A stretch of DNA of 64,000 nucleotides. It comes from a virus. Lineage: Duplodnaviria; Caudoviricetes. This document shows positions 18,139 to 27,942 of the stretch, piece after piece (positions within the stretch are counted from its first letter, which is position 1; every line of letters begins with the position of its first letter). Where the stretch lies: the IMG/VR virus record IMGVR_UViG_3300047157_000186; one strand, written 5' to 3'. The position numbers and the translations under genes are program-made. The notes under the pieces were generated by a model. It ran no database searches. It was given only the letters and a program-made list of their open reading frames with translations, and was not told where the DNA came from.

Positions 18139-20046
18139 ATGGAATTATCTAACAATATATTAGCAGTTGTAGAACCAGCGATTAGGCCAACTGAGATCAA
18201 GATGGATGCACTTGCTGAAGAAAAGAAAGACGAGGCAGAGTACAAGCAATCTACTATGGTTGCAACTCTTAAACCATTTATACTTATTAATGGTTATCAA
18301 TTTGCACCGACTGACGTTATACGTTTTGAGTTAAATTTAATGGGTGATTTACCAGAATGTGAAATTGAATTGAGCGACGAAGCTGGAAAATTTGCAGTTG
18401 GTAGTTATCCAAGAGATGGTGATTTCTTCACAATACTTATAAATTCTAAAAATCAAGAAACATTTAAATCTATTCATATGGATTTTGATATTATAAGCTG
18501 TGAATCCCCAAAAGATGGAAATGTTGGAACTGCTGTATTTGAAATATTTGGAGTTTGTAAAATTCCTAGAATGCAGGCCGAAGATTGTAGAAATTTTGAA
18601 AGTGCAGATTCTTTAACTCATATGGAAGAAGTAGCCCGAGACTTAGAATTGGGTTTAGCAACTAATATTGATGCGGCTGACGATGCACAGTCTAGAATTA
18701 TGGCGTTTGAACCATATCTTAGTTTTATAAAAAAGATAATCAAAGAAAGTTATATAGGTGAAGAATCTTTTCAAAAGTTTTGGATCGATCCATACTACTA
18801 TATGAATTACGTAGATGTAAATGCATTGTTTAATTCACCTAATCCACCGATAGAAGAATTTGCTGAATCATTGGCTTCAGCTGCTGAATCAATGGTGGCT
18901 ACAACTGATGCTGAAAAAAATGCTAAAACAGGAAACGACATTGAGGTACCATTACTATTGACAAATCATGTTGCTTTTATGGGAAATAGTTCATTTATAG
19001 AGAAATCTAATATATTAAATAATTCTGCAAATGTTAGTGCAAAAAACGGATATGCCAGAGAAGTAACTATTTATAATAACAACGGTGATGCTGGTGAGAG
19101 AAAACAAGAATTTAGAATAGAGTCTTTAGGTGGAAATGATTTAAAAGAATTAGAAGAGCCACTAAAGGGTAATAGAAATGATAAAAGACATATTGATCAA
19201 ATCAAATATAAGTATATTGGAAGACAAGAGGCCGGTGATGATGGATTGGGTAACGTACACCCCAATGCTGCATTTTCACAATTGCACAATGCACAAAATG
19301 AGGCTGAAACACAAAAAATGAAATTAGAAGTTACTTTAAATTCATTTAATCCATCTTTATATAAATATCAAAAGATTCCTGTTTTAATGTATATTACTAA
19401 CCCTAAAGCCATACAACAAAACGAAAGAATTAAAGGTGATAAAAAAGAATTAGGCATGGATAAAGATGAGCCTTTTGGATTGGAAGAAGCTAGTGAAGAT
19501 TTAGCAGATGTTGGTAAAAATAGTCCAAGTCAATCTTTAGATTCATTTTTGTCAGGTTATTATATAATTGAAAGTATTATATATGAAGTAGAAGAAGATG
19601 TCACAAAACAAACAATGATACTTCTTAGAAGAGAATGGCCAACAAGAACAGAAAATCTAATTAATCCACCTGGACTTGAAGATGCTACTGATGAAGAAAA
19701 AGCAGATAATGTGGCTGAAAATAGCCCGGAACCAGCACCTGAACCAACTCCAGAACCAACACCAGAACCAACCCCAGAACCAACACCAGAGCCTACACCA
19801 GAGCCTACACCAGAGCCTACACCGGAACCTACACCAGAGTCAACGCCACATGTATATGAAATATTAATAACTGGTAATATGTTGAGAATAGTTGTATTTG
19901 ATGCAAGTGGTGCTGAAGTATATAGAGGTGACCCTAGAATTAGAACAAATACAATATTAGATGAGGGCGGAGTTGTAAATGAAGCTAAAGCATTTTTAGA
20001 TCCATCGAAACAAGACCCTAACGTCCAAAATATGCAAAAAAAATAA
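18139..20046 (+). CDS. putative baseplate hub protein (gp27-like) with PEPT linker
   Basis: Lies between the LysM-like and gp5-like genes; SGYYIIESI motif near the end of the hub domain. Confidence 0.45.
   Translation: MELSNNILAVVEPAIRPTEIKMDALAEEKKDEAEYKQSTMVATLKPFILINGYQFAPTDVIRFELNLMGDLPECEIELSDEAGKFAVGSYPRDGDFFTILINSKNQETFKSIHMDFDIISCESPKDGNVGTAVFEIFGVCKIPRMQAEDCRNFESADSLTHMEEVARDLELGLATNIDAADDAQSRIMAFEPYLSFIKKIIKESYIGEESFQKFWIDPYYYMNYVDVNALFNSPNPPIEEFAESLASAAESMVATTDAEKNAKTGNDIEVPLLLTNHVAFMGNSSFIEKSNILNNSANVSAKNGYAREVTIYNNNGDAGERKQEFRIESLGGNDLKELEEPLKGNRNDKRHIDQIKYKYIGRQEAGDDGLGNVHPNAAFSQLHNAQNEAETQKMKLEVTLNSFNPSLYKYQKIPVLMYITNPKAIQQNERIKGDKKELGMDKDEPFGLEEASEDLADVGKNSPSQSLDSFLSGYYIIESIIYEVEEDVTKQTMILLRREWPTRTENLINPPGLEDATDEEKADNVAENSPEPAPEPTPEPTPEPTPEPTPEPTPEPTPEPTPEPTPESTPHVYEILITGNMLRIVVFDASGAEVYRGDPRIRTNTILDEGGVVNEAKAFLDPSKQDPNVQNMQKK
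19726..19848 (+). repeat. 12-bp coding tandem repeat (PEPT)n
   Basis: About 10 units of cc(a/g)ga(a/g)cc(a/t)ac(a/t/c). Confidence 0.9.
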
Positions 20047-20047
20047 A

Positions 20048-20056
20048 GATAAATAA
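20048..20056 (+). promoter_or_regulatory. putative late promoter motif GATAAATAA
   Basis: The G lies 12 nt before ATG 20060. Confidence 0.55.
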
Positions 20057-20059
20057 TAT

Positions 20060-21487
20060 ATGTCAGACTTTAAACATATTAACGAGTTTAGAAAAGGTTC
20101 TGTTTTAAGTAAGATCAGTGAAGATCCAACTTATCTCAGTTTTTTCTTTATGTTTGACGGTGTAGATAGGGAACATTCTCCTTTATTGGCAGGTCCAGCA
20201 GAAGAGTATCTAGAAAAAATGGTAGATGCTAATATGGGTACAACGTATGCCAAAAAATTAGCTAATTTTAGAAAGGTTCTTTTTAAAATCAATAAAGAAA
20301 TGCCATGGTTTTGGCAAAGTGTTACAGGTTTAGAGTTAGTTGAGACTTATGGTAAAATGGATGAGCCATTTAGAGGACAAGAAACTCCTAAGATAGAAAT
20401 AGAATGTTTAGAAGAAAACGTAGAGTTAACTGCAGTTGCATTGATGACACTATATAAGAATGCATGTTATGATTTTAGAAGATATGTAGAAATCTTACCT
20501 AAAAATTTAAGACACTTTAGAGTTTGGACTGTACTTTCAGAAGTTAGGACATTTCAACAAAGTACGGTCGCTAGGGATTTGAACTTATATGGCGCTGAAA
20601 TGCCAGGTAATGAAGCAGGTACTTCTGTTAATCTTATTCCTAGAGCTAAGGGTTATGAAACTGCAGCTGGTAGAAATGCTGGTAAGTTTGATGCTCCATT
20701 AGTTAAACAATATACTGCTGATGCCAAACCACATATTATGTTTGAATTAGGTTTTTGTGAATGGCAAATAGACACAATTGCTGGCATATTTGCAGATCAA
20801 TCTAAAAACCCTGAAAAGAAAAAACCAAAAGTATCATTTACTTGGAATACTGGCTTTATGTCAGGTTCTAAGTTTGGAGAAAACATATCAGAAGAAGAAA
20901 AAAGTCCATTATTTCCGGATGCAAAACCAGATGATGGTTTATATCCTAATCAGCCTTTTAATCCATTAGCGATTGCACAAAATGCAATAAGCGATAAAGT
21001 TAATGGACTTGCAGGTGGTTTAGTAAATAGATTTAATAATTTAAAAAATGGTTTACCAGGATTTGGTAATAATCCTTTAGGTAGAGTTTATCCAGAAGGT
21101 TTAACAGGAGCTGCAGCCTCTTTAGCAAATAGAGGCATGGATGCTGTAAAAGGATTGTTATTAGATAACGTACATGGAAGTACAGGTTTCTTAGGAAGTT
21201 TAAGTGATATTAATAGTGCGCTAGAAGCAGGAAGTGTAAATGCTATTTTAAATTTAGCTGGACAATTAAATCCAAATAATACTAATGTTCCAAGTAATGG
21301 GAATATTACACCGGTTGGTGTATATGATCCAGGAATAGATAGTTCCCCTGATTTTCCAATTAATCAAAAGGTATATGATCCTGTTGCACAAGAACCAGAA
21401 AGTCAAAACATTACACCTGGAAGAATTCATGAACCTGGTGTTGATAGTAGTCCAGATGATAACATTAACGAGAACGTACACTCATAA
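20060..21487 (+). CDS. putative tail/baseplate structural protein, possibly tube-like fold
   Basis: Position in the baseplate cluster; weak resemblance only. Confidence 0.35.
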   Translation: MSDFKHINEFRKGSVLSKISEDPTYLSFFFMFDGVDREHSPLLAGPAEEYLEKMVDANMGTTYAKKLANFRKVLFKINKEMPWFWQSVTGLELVETYGKMDEPFRGQETPKIEIECLEENVELTAVALMTLYKNACYDFRRYVEILPKNLRHFRVWTVLSEVRTFQQSTVARDLNLYGAEMPGNEAGTSVNLIPRAKGYETAAGRNAGKFDAPLVKQYTADAKPHIMFELGFCEWQIDTIAGIFADQSKNPEKKKPKVSFTWNTGFMSGSKFGENISEEEKSPLFPDAKPDDGLYPNQPFNPLAIAQNAISDKVNGLAGGLVNRFNNLKNGLPGFGNNPLGRVYPEGLTGAAASLANRGMDAVKGLLLDNVHGSTGFLGSLSDINSALEAGSVNAILNLAGQLNPNNTNVPSNGNITPVGVYDPGIDSSPDFPINQKVYDPVAQEPESQNITPGRIHEPGVDSSPDDNINENVHS

Positions 21488-21489
21488 GC

Positions 21490-22206
21490 ATGAATGATAA
21501 AGAATTAGTTGAAGATAATCTAAGAGAAACTCATTGGTTAGGAGAAGTTGTAGTAAACGAAGATCCTTTACTTAATGGTAGATGTCGCGTAAAAGTTTAT
21601 GGTAAATTTGATAAACTGACAGATGATGCTATTCCATGGGCAACTCCTATGAATAGAGATCAAATTGGATCACATGCTGTTCCAAGAGTTGGCGATATTG
21701 TTGCAGTTAGATTTGATAACGGAAACATATACCACCCAGAATATTGGTTTCAGATTGATCAAAATCCAGATTTAAAGACAGATATATTGGAAGCATCTGA
21801 TGCACCACATGATGTAATTAGTTTAGTATATGATGCAGAAAGAAATGTTAGAATATATCATTCACCTGAAGATGGCTTAGTTATTACTCGAGGGAGTGGA
21901 GCCAAGGAAAGACCGATGATACAGATAGACGAAGAAGGATTCATTAAAATAAGCACAGATGCGAAGATGTTCTTAGACTGTGGTGATATATTCGTTTCAA
22001 ATGAAGGTGAACCAGGTGCTGATGAAACAGAGCCAGCAGTGAGAGGTCAATCTTTACAAGATTGGTTACAAACATGGTTAGATGATTATAATGCACATAT
22101 TCACCCAACTGGAGTTGGACCATCTGGTCCTCCCATGCCACCTACACCAGCAACCGTAGGTAAATTATCAAGTTCTCATATTAAGTATCAACAAAAGAAT
22201 AAGTAG
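21490..22206 (+). CDS. gp5/VgrG-like baseplate central spike protein
   Basis: OB-fold start HWLGEVVVNEDPLLNGRCRVKVYG..IPWA..VPRVGDIVAVRF; C-terminal HIHPTGVGPSGPP apex motif. Confidence 0.8.
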   Translation: MNDKELVEDNLRETHWLGEVVVNEDPLLNGRCRVKVYGKFDKLTDDAIPWATPMNRDQIGSHAVPRVGDIVAVRFDNGNIYHPEYWFQIDQNPDLKTDILEASDAPHDVISLVYDAERNVRIYHSPEDGLVITRGSGAKERPMIQIDEEGFIKISTDAKMFLDCGDIFVSNEGEPGADETEPAVRGQSLQDWLQTWLDDYNAHIHPTGVGPSGPPMPPTPATVGKLSSSHIKYQQKNK

Positions 22207-22208
22207 TT

Positions 22209-24005
22209 ATGCCTGCACTGTGGCCAACATTCATACCAAATTTAGCAGCTGATATTGCTGGGCGAGAATTTACAAAACCAGGTGGTGCTATAGTTTCATA
22301 TGCTCTTCCAAAGGTTGGTGTTAATCAAGTTCCTATTTTTCCTCCATCTTTAGATCTAATAAAATCTATTAAACCTGGAAATCCACTAAACGTATCATTA
22401 ACAACAGATCCTACTGCAATGATAAATGCTATTAATCTTGCACCTCTAAGTGGAAGATATGATTTTGGTGTAAGAGTTGCTGAAAGATATTTAGAAGCTG
22501 TAAAAGGTTTAGCAATGACACCGTTTGGTGCAACGCATACTAATAATCCTGCTGCTGAATTTCTTTTAAAACAAGGTTATGGCTTAGTATTTGAACGATT
22601 ATTAAAAGAGGGTGATATTCCATTGCAAGATCAATATGATGAAGATGGTAATTTAACTGAAATGGGTAAAGAGTCACATCCTGATTATGCTGATTTTTGT
22701 CCAGATCCAGTTGAGGAACCAGATCCAATTGAGGAACAAAAGAAATTAGATAAGAAATTTAGTAAGTTTATAGACGAGTATAAGAATGATTCTGCTATGG
22801 ATTTAAAAAAGTTTAGATTTTTTGAATTTCCATGTTTAACTGGAGATGAATCGCAAGAGGATTTAGAAAAACTTTTTGCTTCTAGATTATTACAACAATT
22901 TAGCGGTATTACAAACGTAAACACTAAATGGGAATTCTATATTTGGTTAGCATGTCTTGGTTCAGAAAACTATAGTAATTCGAGTGGATTTGGAGGAAAC
23001 TGGTCGGGTTTACCATATCCTAATATTAGTAACGAAACTAGAAGTGATATTGAAGATGCAGGTTATAGTTGGACACAGCTTGCTAATAATGTAAGTAGCA
23101 TATGTGTTGAAGCAATTCATGATGCACATCCAGGTGAAGAATCTGAAAGTGCATTTTTTAACACAAACGCACTAAGACAGAGAATTCAAAAAGATGCCAC
23201 TAATGAAATTGTTTTGCCTATAGAATTAGAATGTCCACTAAATAGGTATAAAATACAGGTTGCATATGATTACGAAACTGATAGTAAAAGACCTAAAATT
23301 TTAACATCACATGTTATTGCGACATTTAGTTGGTATCCTGGTGTAAGAAGCGGATCGTTTAGTGCAAATGCAGAAGGTATTGTTACTAATGCTCCTAAAT
23401 TTACAAAAAATAATAATTGGGTTAAATCAAAGTATAGAGATCAAGAATTAAAAAATGGTTGGCGCAAAATTCCAAATGCAATGAGCAACGCTAGAACACC
23501 TGAACATGTGATTGATATAAACCCAACATCAGGTGGAACTATATTTAAATTTCAAAGACAACAAGTGATCGACGCTAAGGCCGCTGCAGAAGAATGTGAT
23601 GCTGCAGAAGAAGATAGTAATATAGATTATACTTGGCCAGGTGGTGATCCTTATGAAGAAATGGCAGAAATAACTATTGCATATTGGTATGCATGTTTAG
23701 TGAAACCATTTACACCATCTCCATCTGCTTTGCCAGCATTGATTCCTCCTCCACTTACTGGAATTTATATTCCAATTTATTATGGTGGTAAAAAAAGATT
23801 GGCTAAGAATTTAAGAAGAGCATGGAATACCGGGAAAACATTTTCAGTTATTCCTGCTCCAATGCCACCTGCATTAGCAGTTTCAACAGCTGTTGCGGCT
23901 GCGTATATGTTACACTTATTAGAATTTAAATTATTATATCTTGGTGGAATTCCTACACCTGCTGGACCAGTGCCAATGGTTGGAATTGTTCCTGTAGTAT
24001 TCTAA
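22209..24005 (+). CDS. hypothetical structural protein downstream of the spike
   Basis: 598-aa ORF with Pro-rich hydrophobic termini. Confidence 0.5.
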   Translation: MPALWPTFIPNLAADIAGREFTKPGGAIVSYALPKVGVNQVPIFPPSLDLIKSIKPGNPLNVSLTTDPTAMINAINLAPLSGRYDFGVRVAERYLEAVKGLAMTPFGATHTNNPAAEFLLKQGYGLVFERLLKEGDIPLQDQYDEDGNLTEMGKESHPDYADFCPDPVEEPDPIEEQKKLDKKFSKFIDEYKNDSAMDLKKFRFFEFPCLTGDESQEDLEKLFASRLLQQFSGITNVNTKWEFYIWLACLGSENYSNSSGFGGNWSGLPYPNISNETRSDIEDAGYSWTQLANNVSSICVEAIHDAHPGEESESAFFNTNALRQRIQKDATNEIVLPIELECPLNRYKIQVAYDYETDSKRPKILTSHVIATFSWYPGVRSGSFSANAEGIVTNAPKFTKNNNWVKSKYRDQELKNGWRKIPNAMSNARTPEHVIDINPTSGGTIFKFQRQQVIDAKAAAEECDAAEEDSNIDYTWPGGDPYEEMAEITIAYWYACLVKPFTPSPSALPALIPPPLTGIYIPIYYGGKKRLAKNLRRAWNTGKTFSVIPAPMPPALAVSTAVAAAYMLHLLEFKLLYLGGIPTPAGPVPMVGIVPVVF

Positions 24006-24015
24006 AAAATAATAG

Positions 24016-24024
24016 GATATATAT
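24016..24024 (+). promoter_or_regulatory. putative late promoter motif GATATATAT
   Basis: Intergenic copy upstream of the S1 gene. Confidence 0.45.
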
Positions 24025-24051
24025 TATGTTACACCTTTAATATAAAAATAA

Positions 24052-25338
24052 ATGAACAACGAAAAAAACAAAAGGATCAGAATTGGGGAAAAGACACCAA
24101 AAGAGACCGTAGTTGAAGAACTAGATGTAAAAATCGAAAACACAGAAATTGAAGAAGATGCTAATCAAGCATTTTATGATGAGAACGGGGAATTCATGTG
24201 GGATGCATATGAGTCTACTTGCCCGTCAAGAACAAGAAAACCAAATCCACACATTAAAACCAAAGACGGCGATAAAGTCTACTCTAGGGAATCTTATGCC
24301 CAAGAAATGTATGACATGCTTACTGCACATGATGCTAGTATTGGACAATTACTGACTGTAATTAATCCTGGTGAAATTCATGAAGGTAAAATTTATGCAA
24401 TTAATTCTGAGTTTATTAGCGTTGATATTGGTTACAGGGAATTGATCTACGTCAAGTATGATAAAGAACCTGCTGAAATTCAATCGCTAAAACCAGGTGA
24501 TGACACCGCTGTACTAATTACACAATTGGGTAAAAACTCACATATTGTTGGTAGTATTAATGGTGGTGTTAAACACAAAGTGTTTATGGATCTTAGAGCT
24601 GCAGTTGAAGAAGGAAACACAGCGTGGGTCGGTACAGTTACAAATATGATTGAAAATGGAGGTTATATGGTAATGGTACAAGGCATAGAATGTTTTATGC
24701 CAGGATCTTTAGCTGGAATTAATAAACTACATGACTTTAGTTCTATTATTGGAACGGAAATGTATGTAGTTCCTGTTAGTTTCTCACCGGATAGAGGTAC
24801 GTTAGTAGTTTCTCATAGAAAATATTTACAAGCTTTAATACCTGGAGAAATTGAAAACTTAAAACAAACACAAGGTGAAACAGTGACTGGAAATGTTACG
24901 GGTACTGCAAAATACGGAGTATTTGTAGAATTTAATAAGTGTTTAACTGGTATGATTCATAATAATGATTTAGATGAAGATACATTAGCCAAGTTTAGAG
25001 CCAGAGAAATTAAACCAGGTGATGAAATTTCATTTATGGTTAAAGATATTATAAGTAATACTAAAATAACATTAACTCAAAAGGCAAATATAGTTGTTAA
25101 TCCATGGGTAGATATTATTTCTAGATATCAAATTCCTTCTGTGGTACAAGCTACTGTTAAAACTAAAAAGGATTACGGATTATTTATCACAATAGAAGAT
25201 GGAGTGACTGGTTTGCTACATGTTAGCGAATTAAGTGAAGAAGTAATGAGCGTATTTAAAGCTGGTGACCCAATCACGGTACAGATTACAAGAATCGATG
25301 TTGATTCGATGAAAGTCTTTTTAAAGATGCCGCAATAA
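24052..25338 (+). CDS. rpsA: phage-encoded ribosomal protein S1 homologue (four S1 domains)
   Basis: Repeated S1 cores (IECFMPGS, TGTAKYGVFVEF..TGMIH, KDYGLFITIEDGVTGLLHVSEL); N-terminal EFMWDAYE resembles the Bacteroidota S1 DFxWDAYE motif. Confidence 0.85.
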   Translation: MNNEKNKRIRIGEKTPKETVVEELDVKIENTEIEEDANQAFYDENGEFMWDAYESTCPSRTRKPNPHIKTKDGDKVYSRESYAQEMYDMLTAHDASIGQLLTVINPGEIHEGKIYAINSEFISVDIGYRELIYVKYDKEPAEIQSLKPGDDTAVLITQLGKNSHIVGSINGGVKHKVFMDLRAAVEEGNTAWVGTVTNMIENGGYMVMVQGIECFMPGSLAGINKLHDFSSIIGTEMYVVPVSFSPDRGTLVVSHRKYLQALIPGEIENLKQTQGETVTGNVTGTAKYGVFVEFNKCLTGMIHNNDLDEDTLAKFRAREIKPGDEISFMVKDIISNTKITLTQKANIVVNPWVDIISRYQIPSVVQATVKTKKDYGLFITIEDGVTGLLHVSELSEEVMSVFKAGDPITVQITRIDVDSMKVFLKMPQ

Positions 25339-25356
25339 CTATTGCAACGAGAGTGT

Positions 25357-25365
25357 GATATATAA
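25357..25365 (+). promoter_or_regulatory. putative late promoter motif GATATATAA
   Basis: Intergenic copy upstream of ATG 25392. Confidence 0.55.
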
Positions 25366-25391
25366 TCAAACGGTAATATCATAATCTTAGT

Positions 25392-26702
25392 ATGCAAAAA
25401 TTAACTATAGATTCTCCGAGAGAATCAATCCTAAACGCAGCACTCATGGGTGTTGAGTTTGAGTTCTATTCTAACCTCGATCTAGAAGTAACCAGAAAAG
25501 CTCTGGAAAAACTTCTAGATCGAAAGATTAGATTAGAAGATAAAGCCCATTCTGATTTTGTACCATCTGCTGAAGAATTTAAAATTGAGCCAGATATGTC
25601 TGGTGGTAAAGGATTAGCAGAGTTGGTTACGGGACCTATCTCGTATAGAAATGCCAGATTAGTGGTTATTAAGATGTTAAAATGGATATCTGAAAATGGA
25701 TATACTAATGACAGAGCATCAATTCATATAAATTTATCTTTCGATAAAAAGTATCTCGAAGATAAAGATCTTGTTTCTAAAATGAATGTTCTTAAATTTA
25801 TTTTAGAATTTGATGAAAAACAAATCTATAAGTTTTTCCCTGAACGTGAAAATTCTACATATGCAAAGAGTGTAAAATGGGTAATGCCAAAAATTGAAGC
25901 ATTTCATTTTGATGGTAATCATATAGCGTCAAACAATTTTAAATTTGCTGACACAAAATATTATGGAATTAATTTTTCCAAAAAAGAAAAGAATTACTTA
26001 GAATTTAGGTATATTGGTGGAGCTGATTATGAGAAAAAATCAGATGATATTCTTTATTTAACTGAAAGATTTTTAATGCAAATGTGGAATTCGTGTAATG
26101 ACTCCAGGTTTAATGATGAGAATAAAATAGAATTACAGAGAATTTTAAATAAAAATAAACCTATCTCAGATATACTAAAGGACTACTCTAAGGTATCTGA
26201 ACATTATCCCGACATAACTATATTGGTAGATTTAGTAGATAACCCAGTCATTATTAAATTGCAATGGGAAAGGTTTAAGAATAGAGTAGTAGATCTTATA
26301 GTAAATGGATCTATGACTGCCGGCTTAATTAATTATGATTCTAATTATGGAGCCACACAAATAAAAGATGGAAAGTTTCCAACTGTTTATCAATTAGAAG
26401 ATTTTGAATTTATAGATTGTGAAATAGCTGGGAATGTAACTAATTCTAGTTTTTATGGGTGTGAAATAACTGGGTCTGCTATCATGTATGGTAGTTTATA
26501 CAAAGGCACTAAGGTAAAAGAATCAAAAGTAGAATCTAGTTATACACATGGTAGTTGTGAATTAATAAACTGTTATGTTGCGGGTAGAGATACTATGTTT
26601 AAAGGTAAAATGATTGGAGGTATATTCAGAGAGGGTTTCAAAACAAAAGATGCCAGATTTGAAGATACTGAGATTGTTGTAAGTAAAAAAATAAGAGAAT
26701 AA
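25392..26702 (+). CDS. putative amidoligase (COOH-NH2 ligase family) with C-terminal beta-helix-like repeats
   Basis: GVEFEF, IEPDMSGG, ELVTGP, ASIHINLS, KYYGIN and EFRYIGG motifs. Confidence 0.75.
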   Translation: MQKLTIDSPRESILNAALMGVEFEFYSNLDLEVTRKALEKLLDRKIRLEDKAHSDFVPSAEEFKIEPDMSGGKGLAELVTGPISYRNARLVVIKMLKWISENGYTNDRASIHINLSFDKKYLEDKDLVSKMNVLKFILEFDEKQIYKFFPERENSTYAKSVKWVMPKIEAFHFDGNHIASNNFKFADTKYYGINFSKKEKNYLEFRYIGGADYEKKSDDILYLTERFLMQMWNSCNDSRFNDENKIELQRILNKNKPISDILKDYSKVSEHYPDITILVDLVDNPVIIKLQWERFKNRVVDLIVNGSMTAGLINYDSNYGATQIKDGKFPTVYQLEDFEFIDCEIAGNVTNSSFYGCEITGSAIMYGSLYKGTKVKESKVESSYTHGSCELINCYVAGRDTMFKGKMIGGIFREGFKTKDARFEDTEIVVSKKIRE

Positions 26703-26703
26703 A

Positions 26704-27546
26704 ATGAGTGAAATTAGAAGCGGTTCAAACCAAGATTTAACTTCTGGTAGAAATTTCGATCCAAATTGTCTAAATACTTTTTTAGAAGAAATAGGTGATG
26801 ATATTACTGGGGCATGTATGGTACCTATTAATTTGCCACAAAAAGAGATTGTTAATATAATTAAAAGAGCCAAAAAATGGTTTTATAAAAAATATGAATA
26901 TTCTGTAAAAGAAAATTTATACCATATTCCAAATAGTGTATTTAGTACATCACACTTTAAAAGCCACAGAGCACTTACGTTGCCTGGGCCAAGTGCAGAC
27001 GGAGGTGGAGGTGTATATTCAGTATATGGTTTATATGACTTAGCTTCAGGTTGGAATGGAGGCGGAGGCGGAATGGATGTGAGATTCCAAGGTGGTTCTG
27101 ACTTTTCAATGGAGCGAATGTTATTTAGAGGAATGTATGAAGGTTCTGGTATGGCTGAAGCCGCAGAAGAACTACAGTATTATGTATTGAACGCTTCTAT
27201 GGCAGATTTGTCTAGACAAATACTTGAAAACCCTATTTCATTTCATTATTCTAGTTTAACTGGAGAATTAAAATTTATGGGTGATACACCAAAGGGTGAT
27301 GTTATTTTAGAGATATATGAAACTATCCCTGATTGTGCATTATATTCAGATGAAATATTCTTTAGATATGTGAGTGCAAAAATAAAACAATCTATTGGTT
27401 CTAAATTAGCAATTTTTAAATTTGCCCTTCCTGGTAATGTTGATTTTGATTATGATGCCATTAAAAGTATGGGTGATGATGAGCTATCAGAGATTAACGA
27501 AGAGATTCAAGGAGACGAAGGTGTTGATTGGATGATGCATTCATAA
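26704..27546 (+). CDS. putative neck protein (gp13-like)
   Basis: PINLPQKEIVNIIKRAKKWFY start; size and position; weak. Confidence 0.4.
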   Translation: MSEIRSGSNQDLTSGRNFDPNCLNTFLEEIGDDITGACMVPINLPQKEIVNIIKRAKKWFYKKYEYSVKENLYHIPNSVFSTSHFKSHRALTLPGPSADGGGGVYSVYGLYDLASGWNGGGGGMDVRFQGGSDFSMERMLFRGMYEGSGMAEAAEELQYYVLNASMADLSRQILENPISFHYSSLTGELKFMGDTPKGDVILEIYETIPDCALYSDEIFFRYVSAKIKQSIGSKLAIFKFALPGNVDFDYDAIKSMGDDELSEINEEIQGDEGVDWMMHS

Positions 27547-27555
27547 ATAAAAGAA

Positions 27556-27564
27556 GATAAATAA
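27556..27564 (+). promoter_or_regulatory. putative late promoter motif GATAAATAA
   Basis: The G lies 13 nt before ATG 27569. Confidence 0.5.
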
Positions 27565-27568
27565 ATAA

Positions 27569-27925
27569 ATGGAATTATATATAAAATATCCTAGCGATCC
27601 TAATTACGACGAAGATCAAGTTCAGACTAATGGTGAAATAGAAATGTTGATCACACAGATTCAAACAATTTTATTCACTAATAGTGGTGAAGTTATGGGG
27701 GATCATAAGTTTGGATGTGATTTAGAAACACTTATATATGATTTCAATTCTAGTGAACATAATATTAAATCAGTGATAGTAGATCAGATTAATGCATATT
27801 GCCCATTAGCATCAAAATACAATGTTCAAGTGAACATTGACTTTGTTCGAGGTGAAGTTAGAGATATTGCGTTCATAGATATTACGATAGATAGTAGATA
27901 TGCTATAAAAATAAGCATGCTATAA
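27569..27925 (+). CDS. baseplate wedge protein, gp25-like
   Basis: IQTILFTNSGEVMGDHKFGCDLETLIY..I..QINAYCP, the gp25/GPW pattern. Confidence 0.8.
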   Translation: MELYIKYPSDPNYDEDQVQTNGEIEMLITQIQTILFTNSGEVMGDHKFGCDLETLIYDFNSSEHNIKSVIVDQINAYCPLASKYNVQVNIDFVRGEVRDIAFIDITIDSRYAIKISML

Positions 27926-27942
27926 AAAAGTATACATAAATA

